Made by a program: the position numbers and the translations under genes. 38,351 nucleotides of DNA from a virus. The DNA lies in IMG/VR virus record IMGVR_UViG_3300048080_000117, positions 1-38,351 of that record; one strand, given 5' to 3'. The first letter of the stretch is position 1; every line of letters starts with the position of its first letter. This document shows positions 6,741-16,649 of this stretch, in pieces. The notes under the pieces are model-generated. The model worked only from the letters and a program-made list of their open reading frames with translations. It did no database searches and was not told the origin of the DNA.

Positions 6741-9141
6741 AGATCCCGAAGTCGTCTTTGAGCTCCAGCCTGCTGGCGATGGATCGCCCAAACACTCCAG
6801 CGCCACCGAGACTGCCAGTGAGCCGATCCCCAACCTGCTCACGATGGAGGAAGACGAGGCGGGGAAGGAAATGGTCCGGGACTGGAATGCCTCTCATCGG
6901 TTCGTCAAGCCGTTTATGGAGCAGTGGCGGGTCAACGTGTATCGGTCCAGAGGCTATACGGGTGTTGGCTTGGTCAAGAAACAAGACGACATGCAAGCCT
7001 ATGTCCCGGCTGGGGCACGACCGGACATGGCGGGGATGAACAAAGCCGCCCGGCGGAAACGCCAGTTGCGGGCTGCACTGTTTGCTGATGCCGCCGTACC
7101 GGAATGCGTGCCGTCCACAGATGAAGATGAGGATCGGAACTCTGCGGAGTTCGCTACCCGGCTCCTTCAGAACCAATGCTCGCAAGATGTGCTTGACTAC
7201 AACCTCCTGTGCGGGGACCTGTTCGACCTGGGGTCGGACTACGGGTCAGGCTTCCTCCACTTCTACGTGGACCCCAACGGCGGCGGGTGGCGGCCGGCGG
7301 AAATCGTCGGTGACGCGATCGCGTCTCAGGAATCCCAGCCGTGGCCCCTTGGCAAAGAGGGGCGGGAACAGTACACCACGACCTGGTACATCCGGGAGGA
7401 TGGGGCTCTCACGGATGACCGGGCCGACCGGAATCTCCGCAAGGTCTGGAGTCCCGGGCTGAAGCATCAACGGTTGACAGGCCGCAACTTCCGGTTCCTT
7501 CCGCACACGGCCACGGATCTCTGGGACGCTGATGGGTGCATGATCGGGGCCATGGTGCCGTGGGGCACGGTGCGCCGCATGTTCCCCACACTCCAAGAGC
7601 TTCCCGAGGCGGAGATCCAAGGCCGGATTCTCACTTTCCGTCCCCAGCAGTCGAAGGAACTGTTCCAGAACCAGAAGGATCTCCAACCTGAGCGGCAGGA
7701 CGACCGGCTAGTGTTTGTCCTGAGCCGCTATCATGTCCAAAGCGCCTTGTACGAGCGGGGGGCCTATCTCGTCGTCGTGGGTGACGGACTCGTGGCGCAT
7801 CGGCAGGAATGGTACGACGAGCTGCACGGGGAACCCCTCGACCTTCCCGTGACCCAGTTCGGGCAACTCAACTGCGATGGGAACCCCTATTACGAGGGGA
7901 TCATGCAGTACTTGGGGCCGGGAAACGAGGCGCGGTCCCAGATGGTCGGGACGATGTTTGAGCATCTGGACAAGTTCCAAAACCGGAAAATCTTCGCGCC
8001 GATGGTGGGACCGGCCTATCCCTGGCTCCTTCAAGCTCCGGCTGGTACGCCGATCCCCACGATTCCCGGGTACGAACCCAAGTACGAGGATCTACCGGAT
8101 TTCCCGGTCATCGTGGAGAAGATGTTCGCGTTCATCAACGAGGATATGGATGATGAAGTGAATATGAGCGGGGCGATCCGGGGGCTCTCGCAACCGGGTG
8201 TCCATTCCGGCATCGACCGGCAGACGATCATTGAGCAAGCGCTCATCATGTTGTCGGAGTTCCGCCAACGGACGTTACGGGGGATCACCCGCGGTTGGCG
8301 GATCATGCTGCAACTCTACCGGGCCTACTACACCGAAGCCCAACTACTCAAGTACGAAGGGGACGACGGGGCCTATAAGGTCCGGCATTGGACCCAGGCG
8401 GATCTCGGGTCTACCCGCGATGTACGGCTGATGCAGGGGAGTTTCACGGGACTGTCCCCGAGCGCCAAAGCTGCTCAGGCACAGAGTCTGTTCCAGATGG
8501 GCGCGTTGAGCCAGCCGCGGCTGGTGGAACTCCTGACGGCGAGTGTCGGGGGGACCGTGGGGCTTCAACAGGACCCGCACCGTATGCGAGTTCGTCGCCA
8601 GATCGCGTCATGGAAAGACGGCCCACCGAAAGACTGGCAACCTGCTGAGCCACCTACGGAGATGGACCCAGAAATGGGCCAAGTCCCCGAGTCGCAACCG
8701 CCTGATCCGCTGGCTGATCCCGTGTTGGCGTCGATCTTCGCACCGAGTCCTGCAGACGAGGAACCTCTGACCGCGCAGTTGCGGATGTACGAACTCGGCC
8801 GGGCCCTGGCGTCGAGTCGTACCGCACGGTTCCCGCAGCCCTGGCTCGCGGGTCTCGAGGCGGCCTATGTCCGGGCCCGTCAAGCGGCCGGGGTCCAGAC
8901 GATGGCGGAGCTACAGCAGGCCGCGCAGCAACAGGCACAGACCCAACAGCAGGACCGGGAACAGAAAGCGACGGCTGCCCAGCAGGCGACTCAGGCCAGA
9001 CTCCAAGCCGATCAACTGCGGTCGGGAACGGACCTCCAAAAAGCAAAGATCACCGCCGAAGCCGAACTCCAGAAAACCGAAACGCAGATGGCCGCGAAAC
9101 GCGAAGGGGAAGCCCTCGATGTCGTGGCCGCGCAATCGTAA
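6733..9141 (+). CDS. portal protein
   Basis: An 802-aa protein directly downstream of the terminase genes and upstream of scaffold and capsid. Gln/Ala-rich coiled-coil C-terminal tail. Called from size and position. Confidence 0.7.
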   Translation: MPEDPEVVFELQPAGDGSPKHSSATETASEPIPNLLTMEEDEAGKEMVRDWNASHRFVKPFMEQWRVNVYRSRGYTGVGLVKKQDDMQAYVPAGARPDMAGMNKAARRKRQLRAALFADAAVPECVPSTDEDEDRNSAEFATRLLQNQCSQDVLDYNLLCGDLFDLGSDYGSGFLHFYVDPNGGGWRPAEIVGDAIASQESQPWPLGKEGREQYTTTWYIREDGALTDDRADRNLRKVWSPGLKHQRLTGRNFRFLPHTATDLWDADGCMIGAMVPWGTVRRMFPTLQELPEAEIQGRILTFRPQQSKELFQNQKDLQPERQDDRLVFVLSRYHVQSALYERGAYLVVVGDGLVAHRQEWYDELHGEPLDLPVTQFGQLNCDGNPYYEGIMQYLGPGNEARSQMVGTMFEHLDKFQNRKIFAPMVGPAYPWLLQAPAGTPIPTIPGYEPKYEDLPDFPVIVEKMFAFINEDMDDEVNMSGAIRGLSQPGVHSGIDRQTIIEQALIMLSEFRQRTLRGITRGWRIMLQLYRAYYTEAQLLKYEGDDGAYKVRHWTQADLGSTRDVRLMQGSFTGLSPSAKAAQAQSLFQMGALSQPRLVELLTASVGGTVGLQQDPHRMRVRRQIASWKDGPPKDWQPAEPPTEMDPEMGQVPESQPPDPLADPVLASIFAPSPADEEPLTAQLRMYELGRALASSRTARFPQPWLAGLEAAYVRARQAAGVQTMAELQQAAQQQAQTQQQDREQKATAAQQATQARLQADQLRSGTDLQKAKITAEAELQKTETQMAAKREGEALDVVAAQS

Positions 9142-9168
9142 TGCTTGCCTTCTCTCAAGGAGCGTATT

Positions 9169-10230
9169 ATGGTAGCCTCTGACCCACAGGCTCCGGTTCT
9201 CGAGGAGCCACCCGTAGCCACGGACCCGGGAACACCGCCAGCCGAACCGGCTCAAACGGTCGAACCGGCTCCGGCCACGCAACGGGATGAACAGGGTCGG
9301 TTTGCCAAGCGGGATCCTGCCGAGCCGGGGCAAGCTGAACCGCCCCCCGACCAGCCAGCCCCGTCCAAACCCGATGAGGTCGCAGCGGGTGAGCCCTCTA
9401 CGGAGGTGCCACCAGCGGAGACCCCAGGCCCAGTGGCGAGTTATCGCGCTGACGGCCGATCCGTCGAGATTGACGGGTCTGAGGTGGGTTCGGACGGGGT
9501 GTTCATTTCCAGCCAATCATGGCCCCGCGTCCAGCAGCTCTTGTCCGCTGCCGCTGGGTACCCCCGCCTGGTGTCCGAACGCGACCTCGCTATCCGTGAC
9601 GTGCAGCAGAAACTGGAGGCGTCTCAGGCCGCCCGACAGCACCTGAGCGCCAAGCTCACGGAGTTGAGCAAAGCCGATCCGGAGACGGTGAAAGACTGGT
9701 TAGCCGATCTCCAACGCAACATGCCGGTCTGGCTGGCGGAAGCGAAAGCCGAAGAAAGCACCAAGCTGTTGCAGGCGCGCGAAGCACGGCTCCAGCAGTA
9801 CGAGGAAGCGCAGCAGGAAGAACGGCTCCGGCCGCAGTTGGAACAGGGGTTAGAGGACATCCTGACCCAGTATTGCCAGCAGGAACCGTTCAAGGGCGTG
9901 GATGGGGCACGAGTCTACAAACGCCTCGCCCGGCAGATGGATCGCGTGTTCCTGCTGGCGGAAGATGATGACGGGCAGGGTCGGTGGCGCAAAGGCGAGA
10001 TCGTCGTGGATTACGGCGCCATCGAGCAGGAGTTGCGAGACGAGGTGGACGTGGCCAAACGCTACCGCGGGAATGGTCCACTACCTCCACAAGCGAAGAA
10101 ACCAACGCCCCCGCCGACTCTGACCACGAAGGCGGGACCCGTGCCTGGCAAGGCCGTGAAGCAGCCTACGTTCACCACGGGCCAGGAGGCATGGGACTGG
10201 GTTGACCGGGGCGGCCACCTAACGGAGTGA
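9169..10230 (+). CDS. scaffolding protein (putative)
   Basis: AAGGAG at 9157..9162, 6 nt before ATG 9169. Pro/Glu-rich N-terminus, then long charged helical segments. Lies between portal and capsid. Confidence 0.55.
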   Translation: MVASDPQAPVLEEPPVATDPGTPPAEPAQTVEPAPATQRDEQGRFAKRDPAEPGQAEPPPDQPAPSKPDEVAAGEPSTEVPPAETPGPVASYRADGRSVEIDGSEVGSDGVFISSQSWPRVQQLLSAAAGYPRLVSERDLAIRDVQQKLEASQAARQHLSAKLTELSKADPETVKDWLADLQRNMPVWLAEAKAEESTKLLQAREARLQQYEEAQQEERLRPQLEQGLEDILTQYCQQEPFKGVDGARVYKRLARQMDRVFLLAEDDDGQGRWRKGEIVVDYGAIEQELRDEVDVAKRYRGNGPLPPQAKKPTPPPTLTTKAGPVPGKAVKQPTFTTGQEAWDWVDRGGHLTE

Positions 10231-10234
10231 CGAC

Positions 10235-11653
10235 GTGAAACGGATTATCGACTGGATCAATCGCTACGGCCAGCCGCTTGTTGCGGCCTTGGCCATGCTG
10301 GTGGCCCCCAACCTTCTGGGGGCCGAGTCGCTGGTGCTCATGCCGTTCGTCATCGGCGCGACAGCGACCTATAACGTCTCGACCAGCGCCACGGACCTGA
10401 AGGAAATCTGGCGCAAGGAACAGTACGGCCTCGTGGTTGCCGCGCAGTTCGGCGTCGAGGAGTGGAACGCGCTGATGAAGTTGAACCAGTTCAAGGTGAA
10501 TTGGTCAGCGCGTGAGATTACCATGGAACTGGACATCAACGACGACACCAACACGGCGATGATTCCCGAGGGTGGGAAAGAAGCGCGACCCACCTCACCG
10601 ACCGCCGTGACGGCCACGATTACCTGGGTGTTCGCCAACAAGCGGTTTACCATCTCGAACACGGCGAAGTACATCCAGCAGCAGCAGGGGAACAAGCCCC
10701 AACTCGAAAGCCAGCTCCGCTGGCAGGCGAAGAAAGCCATCCAAGGCGTCCACCGAAAGATCGGGGACCAGTTCTGGGGCCTGTCGTCCGGGACGATCTG
10801 TAAGGTGTCGTCGGTTAGCACGGACGACATTGTGGTGAAGGATCTGCACGGGGTTGCGGCGCTCGGCGGGACCAGCGATGACCGGCGGTGTGTCGATCTG
10901 TTCCGGGGCGGTACCGATCCCCGTGGGGACTTCATCGCCGTAGTCAATCCCTCCGGTCCCGCACTGCGGGCCAATGGTATCGTGCATGTGGACACCGTGA
11001 CCCGGAGCACCAACACCCTGACCGGAGCGGACGTCAGCGGGATCACCAGTCCCGCAGCGGACGATCTGGTCCTGTTTGCCAACAACCTCGAAAACACCAC
11101 GTTGGCCTCGGGCACGGAACGGAACCTCAATCTGGTCGGGATCATCGACATGATGACCACGGCCTCCATCCATTCGGTGTCGAGCGCCACGTACAGCAAG
11201 TGGGACGCCTCCACCAAAAACACCACCGGTGGCCGGTTCACTGGCGTCAAGCTCCTGACATTGCGAGACAACGCCGCGAACGAGGGCGGCGGGAACATCG
11301 ACTCTATCTGGTGGAGTCAGGGAGTACGCCGAGACGTGATCGCCCAACTCCAGGCGGGTCTCCGGTTCAACGATGCCTATGCCATGGAGCTCGAAGGGGA
11401 GCCCAAGGCTAAGGGGATCACGTTCCACACCAGCAAGCGCGTGCCCGATGGCTATGTGTTTGGGTGGGACAGCAAGAACTCGGTCTGCAAGATGACCCTG
11501 CTCCCCGAACCCCAGCCCGGCGTGATCGCCTGGGACGACGGGCACAAGTTGCAAGACGATTCCGGTGAGGTGTTCTCCATCGACTACCCGTGCGCCATGG
11601 TAACGAAGAACCGCGGCAACATGGGGTACTACTCGGCAGTGACCGAGAGCTGA
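10235..11653 (+). CDS. major capsid protein (putative)
   Basis: Follows the scaffold gene. 472 aa. GGAG lies 7 nt upstream of GTG 10235. A strong hairpin immediately downstream is typical of a highly expressed capsid gene. The N-terminal 45 aa are unusually hydrophobic, so the start is uncertain. Confidence 0.7.
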   Translation: MKRIIDWINRYGQPLVAALAMLVAPNLLGAESLVLMPFVIGATATYNVSTSATDLKEIWRKEQYGLVVAAQFGVEEWNALMKLNQFKVNWSAREITMELDINDDTNTAMIPEGGKEARPTSPTAVTATITWVFANKRFTISNTAKYIQQQQGNKPQLESQLRWQAKKAIQGVHRKIGDQFWGLSSGTICKVSSVSTDDIVVKDLHGVAALGGTSDDRRCVDLFRGGTDPRGDFIAVVNPSGPALRANGIVHVDTVTRSTNTLTGADVSGITSPAADDLVLFANNLENTTLASGTERNLNLVGIIDMMTTASIHSVSSATYSKWDASTKNTTGGRFTGVKLLTLRDNAANEGGGNIDSIWWSQGVRRDVIAQLQAGLRFNDAYAMELEGEPKAKGITFHTSKRVPDGYVFGWDSKNSVCKMTLLPEPQPGVIAWDDGHKLQDDSGEVFSIDYPCAMVTKNRGNMGYYSAVTES

Positions 11654-11665
11654 CCTTAACTGAGC

Positions 11666-11687
11666 CCGGGGGCCTCACGGCCCCCGG
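11666..11687 (+). promoter_or_regulatory. perfect 9-bp GC hairpin after the capsid gene (no U-tract)
   Basis: ccgggggcc tcac ggcccccgg, followed by TAGGAGG and ATG 11705. Likely an mRNA stabiliser or partial terminator. Confidence 0.5.
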
Positions 11688-11704
11688 TTGCCCTAGGAGG
11701 TACG

Positions 11705-12649
11705 ATGACGCTCAGTAACGACACCAAAAACCGACTGAAGTATGCGCTGGCCCGAGGGTCAGCCGCCGACGAGTTGGAACAGCACCTCGGCTACCTCGCC
11801 GGCACCACGTATTACGTGGATTCCACCCACGCGAGCGATGCAGACGCCGGGACCCGAACCGGCACATCGCCTGCCGAACCCTTCTCCACGCTGGATTACG
11901 CCATCGGGCGGGCCAGCGCGAGCAAAGGGGACACGATCGTTCTGATGCCCGGGCACATCGAGACCACAACCGCGATTGCGCTGGACGTGGCAGGGGTCCG
12001 GATCATCGGGCTCGGGTATGGTCGGAATCGCCCGACGCTCACGGCGACCACCGGCGCGTCCGACCTCATCAGTGTCAGCGCAGCCAACTGCGAGATCCAC
12101 AATGTACGACTCGTGGGTGCGGCGTCTGGCAATACCGCCCTGCTGAATATCGCGGCGGCGGACTTCACAGCGCGGAATGTATCCTTTGAGCCCGCAGCTA
12201 TCCCGCTGATGTCCGTCACGGCAGCGGCCGGATCGGCCAGGGCCAGCTTCTACGGTTGTCAATGGGTCGCGTCCGCTAACGGCCCAGACTCTGCCATCGA
12301 CATCGAGACCAGTGATTCCGATGACTGGATTCTTGAAGACTGTCTGTTCAACGCTTCGGGGTTTGGTTGGGATCTCGGAGTGATCCGGGCGAACGCGGAC
12401 ACCGCACGGGGTTGGCAGGTCAAGAACTGCACCTTCATCTCCTGTGATACCGTCGCTATCGACTTCAACAGTTCTGCGTCCGTGGCAGATGGGGTCGTAG
12501 AGGATTGCACCTTCATTGCGACAGCCGCCCTCACGTCTATCGAGGACATCATTGACGTCGGTGGCTATCTGTTCAAGGAGTGCTACGCGCACGACGGCAC
12601 GAACGCCACCACCGCCGCAGCGCGCGTACCGTTGGGCACGGTAAGCTAA
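11705..12649 (+). CDS. right-handed beta-helix (pectate-lyase-fold-like) protein
   Basis: YYVDS...GTSPAEPFSTLDYAIGRASASKGDTIVLMPGH is followed by repeated short strands with N/G/A/V turns (VRIIGLG, CEIHNVRLVG, FTARNVSF, WQVKNCTFIS, VVEDCTFIA). Strong AGGAGG RBS. Confidence 0.6.
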   Translation: MTLSNDTKNRLKYALARGSAADELEQHLGYLAGTTYYVDSTHASDADAGTRTGTSPAEPFSTLDYAIGRASASKGDTIVLMPGHIETTTAIALDVAGVRIIGLGYGRNRPTLTATTGASDLISVSAANCEIHNVRLVGAASGNTALLNIAAADFTARNVSFEPAAIPLMSVTAAAGSARASFYGCQWVASANGPDSAIDIETSDSDDWILEDCLFNASGFGWDLGVIRANADTARGWQVKNCTFISCDTVAIDFNSSASVADGVVEDCTFIATAALTSIEDIIDVGGYLFKECYAHDGTNATTAAARVPLGTVS

Positions 12650-13462
12650 ATGCCGAAGTTGGCATTCGGCGTGCCCTGGTCAAGCCCCTTCTGCTGGACT
12701 GGTTGGGCAGAACATTTGCCCAACCTCCAGCGGCCAGCGGGTTACGATGTCCGGTTTTTCCGCGGGAAGGGTTGGTGTCCCGCCCGCCGGCATATCGACC
12801 TGTGCGAGCAGGCGCTTGCCTGGGGTGCGGATCTCATCTGCGTCATCGGCGCGGATCAGATTCACCCGGAGGATTTACTACCCCGACTGGTGCAGCGTTT
12901 CGAGGAAGGCTGTGAGGTGGTAGCCGCGCTGGTTCCAGCTCGCGGGTATGTCGGGTGGCAGGACATGAAACCATTTCAGCCCATGGCATGGCGCTTCAAG
13001 TCCAGCAACGGTCACGACCCACGACAAGTCTCAAGCCGGGCCTATCGTGGCATGGGGTTGGATGGGGACATGATCGACGTGATTGACCCCGAGGCTGGGG
13101 ATCTCCAACAAGTCCACTTCATCGGCTCCGGCGTCCTCATGTTTCATCGGGATCATCTCCTCGCCCTCAAGAAGCCGTGGTTCATGGAGACCATCGACCG
13201 CGAAAGTTATCAGCGGTTGGCTAACATGGACTGCACCTTCGTCTGGCGGTTGCAGGTGGAAGCGCAGGCAAAGGTCTGGGTCGATACCACCATCAAGGTT
13301 CGGCATCTCCATGCGTTTGAGATTGACGAGACGTACCAGGAACGGTTTACCGACTGGATGCGTCCGGGCACGGGATCGCCGGATATATGCCGATACGACC
13401 GTCCTACACTCGTGACTAATGGGAAGTATGGCGACCGTCAAGCAGCGCATCGGGCGAGCTAA
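12650..13462 (+). CDS. GT-A-fold glycosyltransferase (family 2-like), putative
   Basis: KLAFGVP, GADLICVIGADQIHPEDLLPRL (DxD-like region), IGSGVLMFHRDHLLALKKPWF and MDCTFVWRLQVEAQAKVWVDTTIKVRHL follow the usual GT2 motif order. Confidence 0.55.
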   Translation: MPKLAFGVPWSSPFCWTGWAEHLPNLQRPAGYDVRFFRGKGWCPARRHIDLCEQALAWGADLICVIGADQIHPEDLLPRLVQRFEEGCEVVAALVPARGYVGWQDMKPFQPMAWRFKSSNGHDPRQVSSRAYRGMGLDGDMIDVIDPEAGDLQQVHFIGSGVLMFHRDHLLALKKPWFMETIDRESYQRLANMDCTFVWRLQVEAQAKVWVDTTIKVRHLHAFEIDETYQERFTDWMRPGTGSPDICRYDRPTLVTNGKYGDRQAAHRAS

Positions 13463-13589
13463 GGCCGCTGAGATGCTGCATCACGGCGCGGTCCACGGGA
13501 ATCCCCTGAGTCCGAAACAGCGGGGCTTGTTCGGTGTGATCGCCTCGGGGAAACGCCCCGTGCGCCAGCGGATCAAGAGGGACTATTGA
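13419..13589 (+). CDS. hypothetical small basic protein (56 aa)
   Basis: ATG 13419. The stop overlaps the TTG start of the next gene (TTGA). Below the 60-aa cutoff of the ORF track. Weak call. Confidence 0.3.
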   Translation: MGSMATVKQRIGRAKAAEMLHHGAVHGNPLSPKQRGLFGVIASGKRPVRQRIKRDY

Positions 13590-14434
13590 AACCCGACGCG
13601 CTCTTTCAGTGGGAGCGTGAAGTTCCCGCACACTGGCAGACGGATCTCGAACGCCTGACGCCTCGGATGGATCGGGTGACGTGGCTTTATCTCCAGTGGC
13701 TCCCCGGCTGGCCATACGAGCCCGTGCAACGATTTGGGGTCTACGAGATCGTCCCGTTGGCCATGATCGGCCGGATTCTGGAAGAACAAGCCCAGTCGGG
13801 ACTTAAAGATTCCCCGCTCGCCCTCCAGTGGGAACACCTCCACGGCTCTGATCCTCGGACGCTCGGGCGGTTCTATACCGACAAAACGACTGGCACGGAA
13901 CGATTCCGCGGCAAGACACTCATCAGCTATCCCCAATGGTGCGCGCATCGAGCGACGGGTGGACTCCCGTTGCTCGCTTGGATTATCCAAGGAGACTGGG
14001 GTGGGCACTGCTGGCAGTTCGGCCCGTTCGAGCAGGCGATGTTCGAGCTGGGCGGCCTCTCGGTTGAGGAAGTGGACGCGCTGATGAACGCCCTGCCCAG
14101 ACCCGGTGATCTCCCTTACGCCGACTATGACCAGCGAGTGTTCCGGCAGTTGGCAACGCGGGATCGGTTGAAGCAGTGGCGCGAAGCCCGACCGTGGGAT
14201 GAGCGAATTAGCCGGACCAATGCCGGTCTCCTGGTGCAAACGGACGAGTCGGCGGCCCGCGTGGCGTTCAGTAAGAAGTATCTCGCATGGATCGAGGCGC
14301 AGATTGCGAACGTCGTCTCCGACGCGCCCCGGACCCAGGTCGTGAAGTTCGCAGAGGACACCCGGCACGAATGGGAAGCGCCGGGCGATGAAGATGCGTT
14401 AGACCACAACATTCTCACTGGGGAACCCACATGA
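13586..14434 (+). CDS. hypothetical protein in the morphogenesis block (282 aa)
   Basis: Long ORF with ATGA coupling downstream. No motif recognised. An alternative ATG start lies at 13667. Confidence 0.55.
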   Translation: MKPDALFQWEREVPAHWQTDLERLTPRMDRVTWLYLQWLPGWPYEPVQRFGVYEIVPLAMIGRILEEQAQSGLKDSPLALQWEHLHGSDPRTLGRFYTDKTTGTERFRGKTLISYPQWCAHRATGGLPLLAWIIQGDWGGHCWQFGPFEQAMFELGGLSVEEVDALMNALPRPGDLPYADYDQRVFRQLATRDRLKQWREARPWDERISRTNAGLLVQTDESAARVAFSKKYLAWIEAQIANVVSDAPRTQVVKFAEDTRHEWEAPGDEDALDHNILTGEPT

Positions 14435-15207
14435 CTGGACCAGCCCTTACGACCCCGACTGGTGCGCCACAGTACATCGTAGGCGTCAATCCCGATGCCC
14501 TGAGCCAAGCCCAACGCCGGAAGGACCGGAACGCCCGGGACCAACATGGGCGGGTCTGGCTCATCATCTTGGAGGAAACCCGGACTCCACGGGGCCGGGA
14601 ACTCGATATGTGCGGAGGCCCGCCCGATTCGGTGGGCTTCAGTGATCCTCTGGGGACGCCGAGCAAGTATTTCCGCATGGGGCGGGACGAGTTCAAGGAA
14701 GTCCTGCCGAACAAACTTACTATCGACTACGACCAGTGGCTGGAGGAAGCGGAGAACGGGGACCGGGATTGGCACAACTTCTTCTGGGCCATCGCGGCCC
14801 TGAAGTTTCCCGGTGGGATCGAGGCGGAAGCGGCGCTCCGGCATCCGTGGCTCTTGCAACTCGCCGGCCCCCGACCCTGGCCGCGGCCCTCCATCATCCG
14901 GCTGGCCAAGGATGGCCATCAAGGTTTCCTGGGCACTCGGCCCTTGACGTCAGAGGAATCAGCGCTCTTGGGCAAGCAGCTCAAGGTGGATGACCTTTTG
15001 GCGGAACTCCGGGGCCGAGATAACCCGACGCTCACGGCGTCTGGAAAGCCGGTCACGGTGGCGAGCGTGACCACGACAGAAGCGCCGATCCGCGAGGACG
15101 AGGTGTTCACTTACCGCGACTTCGTGCGCGACGGCCGGAAACAGGGCTTGCCGATTACCGAGATCGCGGGTCGGTGGGCCAACCACAAAGCGGCGATGGG
15201 GGTCTGA
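14431..15207 (+). CDS. hypothetical protein in the morphogenesis block (258 aa)
   Basis: ATGA and TGATG coupling. No motif recognised. Confidence 0.55.
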   Translation: MTGPALTTPTGAPQYIVGVNPDALSQAQRRKDRNARDQHGRVWLIILEETRTPRGRELDMCGGPPDSVGFSDPLGTPSKYFRMGRDEFKEVLPNKLTIDYDQWLEEAENGDRDWHNFFWAIAALKFPGGIEAEAALRHPWLLQLAGPRPWPRPSIIRLAKDGHQGFLGTRPLTSEESALLGKQLKVDDLLAELRGRDNPTLTASGKPVTVASVTTTEAPIREDEVFTYRDFVRDGRKQGLPITEIAGRWANHKAAMGV

Positions 15208-15668
15208 TGCAAAGCGTCGAACTCTACGATGTCACGCTGACGCTGGATACCAGCATCTACGCGGCGGCCGATGTGCTGAGTGACAGCGCCGTGGTTTCCA
15301 ACGCCGTGCCGTATCCCGGCGGGCGGGCGATCTTACGATCCGTGGTGCTGCTGGACGAGGACGACCAGGCGGCGGCGCTGGACCTCTACTTCATCGACTC
15401 CAACGTGGCCATGGGGACCAAAAACGCGGCCATCAGCATCACGGACGCCAACGCCCGGAAGCTCTTGGGTAAGGTGGCGATCGCCACGACGGACTATGCG
15501 GATCTGATCGCGAGCAGGCTGGCGACCAAAAGCGAGCTGGCGCTGGTGCTCAAAGCCGTTGCAGGTTCCCCGGACATCTACGTCGCCGCGGTCAACGGGG
15601 CGGGCACCCCGACCTATACCGCCGCTGGGATCAAACTCCGGCTCGGTATCCAGTGGGAAGGATCCTAA
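15207..15668 (+). CDS. hypothetical virion-associated protein (153 aa)
   Basis: ATG 15207 overlaps the upstream TGA by 1 nt. Composition is beta-rich. Confidence 0.55.
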   Translation: MQSVELYDVTLTLDTSIYAAADVLSDSAVVSNAVPYPGGRAILRSVVLLDEDDQAAALDLYFIDSNVAMGTKNAAISITDANARKLLGKVAIATTDYADLIASRLATKSELALVLKAVAGSPDIYVAAVNGAGTPTYTAAGIKLRLGIQWEGS

Positions 15669-16361
15669 GTGGCGTTCGGCGACGCGGCGGATCTATTAGA
15701 CCGCGCGAAGCGGCTGGGAGGGGTCCCCACGACGACGGAGTTCCCCGCCGACGCGGACTGGTACGCGTGGATCACGGAGGCACATGCTCATTGGGTCGCC
15801 GTGATCGCCGCGCAGGCTCCGTGGGCGATGACGGAAGCGCCCATCCTGCTCACGTCTGCGGACTCCGGGGAGACCTACACGTTCGCCGGCAGTATCAGTC
15901 CGCTTACGGTGGAGCTGTACGACACCAAAGATGGTCGGCTCCTAGCCCCCGCCGGCTACCACAACAGCGGCGGGGATTACGTGTGGGAAGGGGACAAGAT
16001 CCGGTTTCCCGGTGGGGTGAAAAAGACGTTCAGCAACGGGCCCTATGCCCGGTACATCACCCCGCCTACAACCGTTGACGGGTCCACCGCCCCGACGCTG
16101 AAACCCGCTTATGCGCGGGTGCTACTTGTAGTGCCCCGCGCCGTGGCGTTCTGGGCCGAACGGGGCGGGATGCGTGACCCCACAGCCTTCTACCGGATGG
16201 AAACCAAAGCGTGGATGGGCGACCCTGAGCGGGGGGACATCGGCGTGCTGGGCCAGCTCAAGATGAGCAACCCGTGGCTCGGCCTCTCAGCCTATCCGCC
16301 CAGAACACTGGCCTGGTGGGAATCGATTTCTACGGGCTCTGGGTATTCAACCTACCCGTAA
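15669..16361 (+). CDS. hypothetical protein, possible head-tail adaptor
   Basis: GTG directly after the upstream TAA. Lies upstream of the gp10-like hub, as gp4 does in P22. Positional inference only. Confidence 0.45.
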   Translation: MAFGDAADLLDRAKRLGGVPTTTEFPADADWYAWITEAHAHWVAVIAAQAPWAMTEAPILLTSADSGETYTFAGSISPLTVELYDTKDGRLLAPAGYHNSGGDYVWEGDKIRFPGGVKKTFSNGPYARYITPPTTVDGSTAPTLKPAYARVLLVVPRAVAFWAERGGMRDPTAFYRMETKAWMGDPERGDIGVLGQLKMSNPWLGLSAYPPRTLAWWESISTGSGYSTYP

Positions 16362-16649
16362 ATGACTGAACGTCCGGGATCGGTGCGCCAGCGGATCAAT
16401 CGGCTGAAACAGGGCCGGAGCCGCGAGGTCACGCCCGAGGAACGAACGGCCCAAGTGGCCCTCGGCTCGGCACTAGAGGAGGAAGAACTGTTGCGGGGGA
16501 CGCCGGAAGCGAAAGGCCAACATCTGCGGAGCGCGCAGCAGGCGACGGACACGGCGCAGCAATCGCTCTTGGCTGCTCGTCGGGCGGGTCACGAGGAACG
16601 AGAGACCAGGCGGTACGTGCGGTCTCGTATCGGACGACTGGGGCCGTGA
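16362..16649 (+). CDS. hypothetical charged helical protein (95 aa)
   Basis: ATG directly after the upstream TAA. GTGA overlap downstream. Confidence 0.45.
   Translation: MTERPGSVRQRINRLKQGRSREVTPEERTAQVALGSALEEEELLRGTPEAKGQHLRSAQQATDTAQQSLLAARRAGHEERETRRYVRSRIGRLGP

Noticed and set aside
10369-11554. Two long minus-strand ORFs (309 and 319 aa) antisense to the capsid gene
   Set aside because: Arg/Pro/Gly/Ser-rich shadow frames, typical of high-GC coding DNA. No start context. They fully overlap a well-supported + strand gene.
13583-14922. Minus-strand ORFs of 261 and 265 aa
   Set aside because: They overlap two coupled + strand genes completely. Composition is Arg/Pro-rich. No RBS and no recognisable motifs.
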